Origin: Eubacteriales bacterium | GTDB lineage: Bacteria > Bacillota > Clostridia > Oscillospirales > CAG-272 | Length of the DNA: 64,000 bases | Reading direction: 5' to 3' | NCBI GenBank assembly: GCA_045659905.1 | Contig: JAZRCT010000039.1 | Span: forward strand, 8,331-72,330 | Shown here: positions 51,001 through 57,634 of the stretch, piece after piece | How positions within the stretch are numbered: position 1 is the stretch's first letter | Layout: each line of letters starts with the position of its first letter | Made by a program: the position numbers and the translations under genes | Notes under the pieces: generated by a model | The model's input: only the letters and a program-made list of their open reading frames with translations | The model's database searches: none | What the model was told of the DNA's origin: nothing

Positions 51001-53142
51001 GCTCTTAAGGACTATGCGGATAAGATTGCTATTGACCTTGCAGGTCATAAGCTTACTTGGACTACCTCAACCAATAATAGCTCGATATTCTTTATCCAAT
51101 CCAATACCGTTCTTAGCGTATATTCCTCAGAGGCAGGCGGCGTTATCGAAAAGCTTGGACGAAACAACACTACGGCGTTCAATAACGTACGAGCCTTCGG
51201 TATCGTAGCAAACGATGGCTGGGGCACGTATAATGCTCACCTTGAAATCGGCGAATACAAGGGACAGTACACAGGTAATATCACTACCTACACCGCAGTT
51301 CTTGCAGAGGCAATGTCGGGCGACAGCTCCTGCTCTATGACTATCAGCGGCGGTACCTTCGTAAGAGCAACGACCGACGACTCTAATTCGCTCTTTATGT
51401 TCAGACTCTATAACGGCTCAATGACACTTTCAAACGGCATATTCGTTTTGGCGCACAGTAACCTATTCCAGGCGAGAAACGCTGATGAAACTTCAGGTAC
51501 GGCAACGAAATATACCGAAGCTAATTTGCCTCACGGTATTAAGCAAAAGGTGCTCGTAGAGAATAGCTATATTATTATGAACTCAAACGGCGCAAATATT
51601 CTTGACAACCCCGGTATGAGTATGACTGTCGGCGGTGTGACGACCTATTCGGAATTTACCTATAAAAACGTTTATACCAACGCAAGAGTAAATCCCGGCG
51701 CAGCGTACAACGGCACGGTTTCCGGTAACGGAAAGGTTTTCGTTGAGGGCGCTATTTATTCGCCTACCGTAAGCAATCCCGTAAAAAGCACTAAGAGCGG
51801 AGTTAATTGTCTTGTAGTTAAGGCAAATCTTCCCTTCTCGCTTCCCGGCGGCGTCGACTATATAACCTATCCCACTCAGTATCTTCAGAGCGGCACGGTT
51901 AAAAGCGGTATGGGATACATAAAGCTTGCGGGCGCTGAAGCTCCCGAGGGTGATTACATCAGAACCACTACTCTTCCCGAATTCTTCGAGATAGCAATCA
52001 CTCCTGCCGATAATACCGTAACGGCGACCTTTAAGGATAACGAGGGTAACGAGCTTTCGAGCGAAGCTATCGTAAAGGGCGGTAACATTGTTTACAACGG
52101 TGCTGCTATTGCAGATATTCCGGGAACTATCTACAAGCAGGTTCATAACGGTGAGTGGAGCGCTTCTCTTACTAACTTGACCGAGGATACCGTATTTACT
52201 CCCGTTATGGATAAGGAGCTTAGCGTTCAGGGCTTCAAGCTTGCGCTTTCGCTCTATTCCGAATTCTCTATCAACCTTTACATTCCCGCAAGCTACGTTG
52301 ACGACGGCTACGTTGTAAGCACAGGCGATTACACAATGCTTGAAAACAAGGTCAGCATAGGTACGGACGAATACTACGTGCTTACCCAGTGGGTTAAGCC
52401 CTACGAAGCAACCCGTGACTTTACGTTCACGCTTGGCTTCAAGGACGGAGAATTTGAAGGCAGCTGTAGCTTCACGTACAGCATACTTAAATATGCAAAG
52501 ACAATTCTTGAGGATACCTCAAGCGCCTTCACCGCAGAGGACCAGAGCCTTATCTGGTATATTCTCAACTACGTTCACGAGACCTACAGGTATATAGCAG
52601 TTCCTCACACTCCTTACGCAGACGAGCTTGAGGCAGTATCCACCGTGCTTAACGCAAACGCATCGAAGAAGATTGCTCACAGCGCATACACCTTCCCGAG
52701 CAAGCTTGCGGCTGTCGACCTTGGTGACGTATTCAAGGGCGCAACGGTTATGCTCTCCTCTGCACCTAAGTTCGTATTCGTGCTTAACGACGGCTTCGTC
52801 GGTGAAATCACGGTAAGCTACGTCAAGAAAGATACTACGACTGCCACCCTTAGCTTTACCGAGGCTGACGCTATTACCGTTGACGGCGAAAAGTGCATCG
52901 TAATCGAAGGAATGAAGGCTTACGAATTTCTTGGCAACCTTACCGTAAGCGCTGACGGCGTGATTGACGGTGAGGCAGCGACGGTGACCGAGGCTGTATA
53001 CAACCTTGACACCTTTGCAAGCTTCCACAACGAGAATGCGCTTGACAGCGAAAGCGATACGAAGGCTGAGAGTGAAAAGTGCCTTGCACTTGTAAACGCC
53101 TTCTATGCATTCGTTACTGAAGCAAAGGCTTACGCAAATTGA
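48085..53142 (+). CDS. Very large secreted/surface protein (~1685 aa): beta-helix-like segments, LamG-like sandwich, InlB-B-like repeat, duplicated C-terminal module
   Basis: Sec signal peptide MKKGSKILILALCIALLLC..., GDTVKL motif twice, KWYTVTLLLD...YLNG; no LPXTG, SLH or TM anchor seen. Confidence 0.8.
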   Translation: MKKGSKILILALCIALLLCGTVIAINAADGNVCKIGDVEYASIGEAVEAAADGDTVKLTANAEIKESISITKNLTLDLNGKTLSNTVVAFTIDADNINFTVTGNGYINASAMLLDVTKSANVAVTGTNQGIVVTQSGSTVLKAAESAVVSYTNVFVFAKSTSKQYFVLSNNASFIGNKFNFELDSALIPKKNANFSLATPFNLRDNVYIKLTDSSIRTAGGVITGEPKYTAYRPGQENKSNYGDAVDFENVNVYANAIVFFGDNINNYYSYETDNSDETTDSVYGDNFSIAGNININGGTLTSFYRTFVSNLSQDNVTTTDPTKSLKISLKNSTIISVRNDSYLFLRKNLAMSFDNCRIRLETDILAHNGGTPPKDTEGNELKALTDAHSGAVTLFPGTRLTKKPNASSFNYTYSDGSTGADSTTYEIAFDPAGDRQFPWVVVAKGTIPATDKAYFHPVYKISGNIWSEMPAHQATKVPSVEKLITVKDYNGNLYNKYYLSPEGYENGDVIRFKNFPGAENNTKWDSFYTIGCSEATKVENSNALNLLNNKVVVYNINISSGSEWGFINADMYIQLRNATDGNKKANLKLENNTLYNSDKTKSIELDPFKWYTVTLLLDVANNKAFSYLNGELMGSGTIYSRSLTDKSFLQGLRFNPYNGADQIVGTSLLFDNLSGATYPEGIYTDSTNTTLDASKYVDLDNSGKMVSVTGEDGSVASFKANGLYYTEIDNALANGTVILAESNLNDTKASNDGYIFTNGYLLKVTSDSDAILSSGSKSDPLGILFKVDESLNDLTLDVYWYVGGSAGDKSDLNNQNGTNYVKTTVKPGQIPTFTGGEVAKVFDRKTSTVGNFSGGFALAFCAAEALEMKPISVNEIMYYQESGEFLTYYAHYDFSPLDYEITNSLDADFYDGGAGGDALHTSLNNLKNGDTVKLLNDVEIINKDVITYNSSKTTAPSDIAIDDDYTEQELAALKDYADKIAIDLAGHKLTWTTSTNNSSIFFIQSNTVLSVYSSEAGGVIEKLGRNNTTAFNNVRAFGIVANDGWGTYNAHLEIGEYKGQYTGNITTYTAVLAEAMSGDSSCSMTISGGTFVRATTDDSNSLFMFRLYNGSMTLSNGIFVLAHSNLFQARNADETSGTATKYTEANLPHGIKQKVLVENSYIIMNSNGANILDNPGMSMTVGGVTTYSEFTYKNVYTNARVNPGAAYNGTVSGNGKVFVEGAIYSPTVSNPVKSTKSGVNCLVVKANLPFSLPGGVDYITYPTQYLQSGTVKSGMGYIKLAGAEAPEGDYIRTTTLPEFFEIAITPADNTVTATFKDNEGNELSSEAIVKGGNIVYNGAAIADIPGTIYKQVHNGEWSASLTNLTEDTVFTPVMDKELSVQGFKLALSLYSEFSINLYIPASYVDDGYVVSTGDYTMLENKVSIGTDEYYVLTQWVKPYEATRDFTFTLGFKDGEFEGSCSFTYSILKYAKTILEDTSSAFTAEDQSLIWYILNYVHETYRYIAVPHTPYADELEAVSTVLNANASKKIAHSAYTFPSKLAAVDLGDVFKGATVMLSSAPKFVFVLNDGFVGEITVSYVKKDTTTATLSFTEADAITVDGEKCIVIEGMKAYEFLGNLTVSADGVIDGEAATVTEAVYNLDTFASFHNENALDSESDTKAESEKCLALVNAFYAFVTEAKAYAN

Positions 53143-53236
53143 TTTAAACCATATTAAATAAAACGAGAGCGTCTCGTAGACGCTCTCAAAAGGAAACGAG
53201 TGGGGCGGTTTTTCCGTTCCACTCGTTTCGTTAATC

Positions 53237-53327
53237 TTCAAATCTTAATCGCTAAACTCACGTAAATTTCCAATCTTAATTGTTCAATACACGTAAAATT
53301 CAAGCTTATCGCTAAGGTCAAGTAAGC
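53237..53327. repeat. Three degenerate ~31-bp tandem repeats
   Basis: TTCAAATCTTAATCGCTAAACTCACGTAAAT / TTCCAATCTTAATTGTTCAATACACGTAAAA / TTCAAGCTTATCGCTAAGGTCAAGTAAGC. Confidence 0.55.
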
Positions 53328-53905
53328 CTTATGAGCTTTTCTAAGGCGTCCTTCTTCGTGAGCCTTTCGCAATGCTCTATTATGTAGGGATAAGAGCTTT
53401 GCGGAATCTGCTTTCCAAATTCGATAAGCCTTGAGTATTCGGACAGCGCCGCGCGCCCCGAGCCTCTTTCTACAAGCTCAAGATAATACTCACCGCTTTC
53501 GTCAAGATAGACGTCGCTTTCCTTGACACGCTCGTTGGCTAACAGCTTTACGGCGCAAAGCAGCGAATCAAAGTCCGAGAATCGGTACATCACACGGCTC
53601 GCCTGGAGCAGAGTGATTCTGTTTGAGCGTGATATTGCGCGCTCGGTTGCAAGCGGAAGAAGTCCGAGCTTCGTGACGAAAAGCTCACAACCTCCCTCCT
53701 TATCGGGGTAATACTGTATTAAAAGCTTATCGCCCTCGGCGTCAAAGCCGTGGGTTTGCTTTACCGAATCTAATATTTTAAAAAAGCTTTTTCTCACGCT
53801 TGAATTATTATAATCTATGTTATCAGCCGAAAGTCCAAAGTCTCTCATATCCAATGCGCTCAGCATCAGCTTCAGCTTTGAGTCGTTTATTTTTAAAACC
53901 TCCAA
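53318..53905 (-). CDS. mecA: ClpC adaptor MecA-family protein
   Basis: MEVLKINDSKLKLMLS...D N-terminus, ELFVTK, YRFSDFD, EFG. Confidence 0.78.
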   Translation of the reverse strand: MEVLKINDSKLKLMLSALDMRDFGLSADNIDYNNSSVRKSFFKILDSVKQTHGFDAEGDKLLIQYYPDKEGGCELFVTKLGLLPLATERAISRSNRITLLQASRVMYRFSDFDSLLCAVKLLANERVKESDVYLDESGEYYLELVERGSGRAALSEYSRLIEFGKQIPQSSYPYIIEHCERLTKKDALEKLIRLT

Positions 53906-54078
53906 GTCCTATATCTCCTTTTATTTATCTACAACCATTATATCAAATCTTAAGAATTTTTGATACTTGTAAATTTTGATAGAGGAGGATTTTTATGGTG
54001 CTGCTTTTGCTTTGATAATTTAAGGTATAAAAGGAAATATTCTTCTCTTTTTTGTTCGTTTATTTTTTAAATTAATGT

Positions 54079-54107
54079 TGCTTTTCCTTTTATATTATGA
54101 TAGAATA
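54079..54107 (+). promoter_or_regulatory. sigma-A promoter of queT
   Basis: TTGCTT-N17-TAGAAT with extended TG. Confidence 0.55.
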
Positions 54108-54140
54108 TAGGAGCGTCGGCAAATGCCAACGCTCCTAAGC

Positions 54141-54183
54141 GGTGAGTTCGAGACCTTCCTCACCTAAAACAAAACTAAAGGAG
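54141..54183 (+). promoter_or_regulatory. preQ1 class I riboswitch
   Basis: GGTGAG-TTCGAGACCTTC-CTCACC stem-loop plus A-rich tail TAAAACAAAACTAAAGGAG overlapping the SD, directly upstream of a QueT gene. Confidence 0.82.
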
Positions 54184-54193
54184 AAACGAAAAA

Positions 54194-54706
54194 ATGAAAA
54201 AAAACAACAGCTACGCAAGAATTGCGCTTATTACCACGAGAGGAGCTATGGTCGGCGCACTTTACGTGCTGCTCACTATGCTATCCTCGTTTCTAGGACT
54301 TGCAAGCGGTGCGATACAGTTTCGGCTTTCGGAAATGCTTTGCGTTATGCCGATATTCTTCCCTGAGGCTATCCTCGGACTTTTTATCGGCTGTGCTATC
54401 GCTAATTTCATTACTGGGGCTGCGCTGTGGGACATAATTTTCGGCAGTCTGGCTACGCTTATCGGAGCTATCGGCGCATACCTTATGCGAAGGCTTCCAA
54501 AGAAGCTTAAATGGCTTGCCACCCTGCCTACGGTAATTGCTAACGCTCTCATTATTCCGCCCGTACTGATTTTCGTATATCAGGTGCCTGATGCATTCTA
54601 TCTTCTTATGCTTTTCCTCTTTATAGGGGAAGCCGTGTGTGCGGGAATACTTGGCTCTATGCTTTACTATGCAATAGATAAAACCAGAATTTTCTCGGTA
54701 AAATAA
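54194..54706 (+). CDS. queT: QueT-family preQ0/preQ1 transporter
   Basis: GAIQFRLSEML, GLFIGCAIAN, DIIFGSLATL; riboswitch upstream. Confidence 0.9.
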   Translation: MKKNNSYARIALITTRGAMVGALYVLLTMLSSFLGLASGAIQFRLSEMLCVMPIFFPEAILGLFIGCAIANFITGAALWDIIFGSLATLIGAIGAYLMRRLPKKLKWLATLPTVIANALIIPPVLIFVYQVPDAFYLLMLFLFIGEAVCAGILGSMLYYAIDKTRIFSVK

Positions 54707-54720
54707 ACAACCGATAAATA

Positions 54721-54758
54721 AAAAATATGCAGATTTAAATTAGGTCTGCATATTTTTT
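54721..54758. terminator. Bidirectional intrinsic terminator
   Basis: AAAAATATGCAGA/TCTGCATATTTTT. Confidence 0.8.
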
Positions 54759-54791
54759 ATTCTAGCATTTAATCGGCATATTTGTAACTAA

Positions 54792-56213
54792 TTATTTACT
54801 TTTAATATAATTATCTATTGCTTTTGCAGCTATCTTTCCTTGTCCCATTGCTGAGATTACGGTAGCGGCTCCGGTTACGGCATCGCCGCCTGCATAGACG
54901 CCGTCAAGGCTGGTTTTTCCTGTGTCCCCCTCGACAATTATGCAGCCGCGCTTATTGACGTTAAGTCCGTCGGTGGTTGATTTTATCAGAGGATTTGGCG
55001 TCGTGCCTATTGACATAATTACGGTATTTACCTCAAGCGCAAATTCGCTGCCCGAAATCGGGATAGGTGAGCGTCTGCCACGCTCGTCGGGCGCACCAAG
55101 CTCCATTTTGATGCATTTGATTCCCACGACAGTGCCGTTTTTGGAGTCACGCTTATCATCCTTATTTTCATATCCGAGGATTTCCACAGGATTCGTAAGA
55201 AGCATAAGCTCAATTCCCTCCTCCTCGGCATGCAGAACCTCCTCACGTCTTGCGGGAAGCTCCTCTCTGCCTCGGCGGTATACGATATATACCTTGTCAG
55301 CGCCAAGTCTGAGAGCGCATCTTGCGGCGTCCATAGCAACGTTGCCGCCGCCTACAACCGCAACCTTACCTCCCTTCATTATCGGGGTGTCGGAATCCTC
55401 GTTGTATGCCTTCATAAGATTGCATCTCGTAAGAAATTCGTTGGCTGAATAGACGCCCTTTAGGGATTCTCCCGGGATGTTCATAAATGCAGGAAGTCCT
55501 GCGCCTGAGCCTATGAATACAGCCTCATAGCCCATACCGAAAAGCTCGTCGATATTAAGCGTCTTTCCAATTATGACGTTAGTCATAAATTCTACGCCGA
55601 GCGCTTTAAGATTTTCAACCTCTGTATTTACTATGCGCTTTGGCAGACGGAATTCCGGGATTCCGTAGACGAGCACGCCGCCCGCCGTGTGGAGCGCCTC
55701 AAATACGCTAACGTCGTAGCCGAGCCTTGCAAGGTCACCTGCGCAGGTAAGTCCTGTCGGACCTGAGCCTACTATTGCAACCCTGTGACCGCATTTCTCT
55801 ATTTGCGCTACCGATTTATTTGCATGCTCGTTGTGATAATCGGCAACGAAGCGCTCGAGTCTGCCGATAGCGACAGCTTCACCCTTGATGCCTCTTACGC
55901 ATTTTGCTTCGCACTGATTTTCCTGAGGGCAGACACGTCCGCAGACCGCAGGAAGCGCCGAGGTAGCCGATATAATTTCGTACGCACCCTCAAAATCGCC
56001 CTCCTTTACCTTAGAAATAAAGTCGGGGATTCTTATATTTACAGGGCAGCCCGATACGCAGGGCATATTTTTGCAATTCAAGCATCTTTGCGCCTCGTCA
56101 ACAGCCATCCTTTCGGTGTAGCCCAAGGCTACCTCCTTAAAATTCGAGCGTCTGTCGGCGGCGGACTGCGTCGGCATCGGATTTCTATTTAAGCTCATAT
56201 TAGGCTTTGCCAT
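54792..56213 (-). CDS. nfnB: NfnB / GltD-like NADPH-dependent oxidoreductase (often annotated gltA)
   Basis: CLNCKNMPCVSGCP, CGRVCPQENQCE, GSGPTG, GGGNVAMD, GGDAVTG. Confidence 0.88.
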   Translation of the reverse strand: MAKPNMSLNRNPMPTQSAADRRSNFKEVALGYTERMAVDEAQRCLNCKNMPCVSGCPVNIRIPDFISKVKEGDFEGAYEIISATSALPAVCGRVCPQENQCEAKCVRGIKGEAVAIGRLERFVADYHNEHANKSVAQIEKCGHRVAIVGSGPTGLTCAGDLARLGYDVSVFEALHTAGGVLVYGIPEFRLPKRIVNTEVENLKALGVEFMTNVIIGKTLNIDELFGMGYEAVFIGSGAGLPAFMNIPGESLKGVYSANEFLTRCNLMKAYNEDSDTPIMKGGKVAVVGGGNVAMDAARCALRLGADKVYIVYRRGREELPARREEVLHAEEEGIELMLLTNPVEILGYENKDDKRDSKNGTVVGIKCIKMELGAPDERGRRSPIPISGSEFALEVNTVIMSIGTTPNPLIKSTTDGLNVNKRGCIIVEGDTGKTSLDGVYAGGDAVTGAATVISAMGQGKIAAKAIDNYIKSK

Positions 56214-56214
56214 C

Positions 56215-57069
56215 TCACTTACCCGCCTTTCTCATAAGATTACAGCTTTTCTCATATGCGTGGCGCTCAAAATCACGGTATGCTGAGGAGCGTGAGATAG
56301 CCTCGTCGAAATCGACCTCGTAGCCGTCAAAATCAGGACCGTCGACGCAGGCAAATTTAACTACCCTCTCGCCGTCTTTGATAAGAGTAAGCCGACAGCC
56401 GCCGCACATACCCGTGCCGTCTATCATAATGGGATTCATTGATACGACGCAGGGCACGCCCTTGCGCTTGGCGCTCGCTACTACGAATTTCATCATAATG
56501 AGCGGTCCTATCGTAATGATTTTGTCAAATTTTCTGCCGCACTCAAGCATTTCGTCAAGCGGAACGCAGACGTTGCCCGCTCTGCCGTAGCTTCCGTCGT
56601 CGGTCATTACCGTAAGCTCGTCGGAGCAAGCTTTGAACTCGTCTTCAAGAATTACTATATCCTTTGAGCGGAAGCCTATTATCGAGGTAACCTCGCAGCC
56701 CATACTCTTAAGCTTCCTTGCGATAGGAAGCGCAATAGCGCAGCCCACGCCGCCTCCGACGATGCAAGCGCTTTTGAGTCCGTCAAGCTCGGTAGGAACT
56801 CCGAGAGGTCCTGCGAAATCGGATATATATTCGCCCTCGTCCTTCATATTAAGCTTATTCGTAGTAGCTCCGACGACCTGAAAAATCACCGTCACCGAGC
56901 CCTTTTCTCTATCGTATCCCGCAATAGTAAGCGGTATACGCTCTCCGTCCTCCGATACACGCAGAATTATAAACTGTCCCGCCTCTGCCTTTCTTGCGAC
57001 GAGCGGCGCTTCTATTTCCATTTGCGTAACGGTAGGATTAAGACACTTTTTCTTTAAAATCTTATACAT
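56215..57069 (-). CDS. nfnA: NfnA (PyrK-like FAD/NAD-binding 2Fe-2S subunit)
   Basis: ERIPLTI, GGGVG, MIDGTGMCGGCR, CVDGPDF; start taken at ATG 57069. Confidence 0.88.
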   Translation of the reverse strand: MYKILKKKCLNPTVTQMEIEAPLVARKAEAGQFIILRVSEDGERIPLTIAGYDREKGSVTVIFQVVGATTNKLNMKDEGEYISDFAGPLGVPTELDGLKSACIVGGGVGCAIALPIARKLKSMGCEVTSIIGFRSKDIVILEDEFKACSDELTVMTDDGSYGRAGNVCVPLDEMLECGRKFDKIITIGPLIMMKFVVASAKRKGVPCVVSMNPIMIDGTGMCGGCRLTLIKDGERVVKFACVDGPDFDGYEVDFDEAISRSSAYRDFERHAYEKSCNLMRKAGK

Positions 57070-57160
57070 TTTGATAAGGAGTACCTTTCCTTGCAAGCGA
57101 TATTCTCTATTGTAACACAAAATTTGTCGTATTTCAAGGATTATTTACACAATTTTCGCC

Positions 57161-57189
57161 TTGACAACAGATTATATTGGTGCTATAAT
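57161..57189 (+). promoter_or_regulatory. sigma-A promoter of the yidD-like operon
   Basis: Perfect TTGACA-N17-TATAAT (the track's TTG start is this -35 box). Confidence 0.78.
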
Positions 57190-57226
57190 GAATATGTATA
57201 TTTATAAATTAACGGAGGCAGTCGGT

Positions 57227-57601
57227 GTGAAAGGCAGAATTCGGGAAATTCGCATCCTCGATCTTATCTTGTATTTTCTCGTGCCGCTGCTCGCTTTATG
57301 CCTTACCTCCGTCGGATGCGTCCTCTTTTGCGTTTTCGTAAAGGAGGTACATATTGCATTCCCGATTATTTCGGCGGTTATCATTTCTTATTTTCCGCTC
57401 AAATACTTCGCAATAGGACTGGTTCTTGTTTACAAGGCTTTCGCTCCGCTTTCGGTGCGTGAGCGCTGCCGTTTTCAGCCGACCTGCTCGACTTATATGA
57501 TTATGGCTATACAGAAATACGGTCTTATACGGGGAGTATTTAAGGGATTTAAGCGGCTTTTAAGATGCAAGCCTCCAAACGGCGGGCAGGATTTGCCCTG
57601 A
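57227..57601 (+). CDS. YidD-like protein with N-terminal TM extension
   Basis: CRFQPTCSTY, IQKYG, RLLRCKP, GGQDLP; GTG start 8 nt after GGAGG. Confidence 0.8.
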   Translation: MKGRIREIRILDLILYFLVPLLALCLTSVGCVLFCVFVKEVHIAFPIISAVIISYFPLKYFAIGLVLVYKAFAPLSVRERCRFQPTCSTYMIMAIQKYGLIRGVFKGFKRLLRCKPPNGGQDLP

Positions 57602-57634
57602 TTTATTTTCGTTAACATATAAAGGAGATACAAA

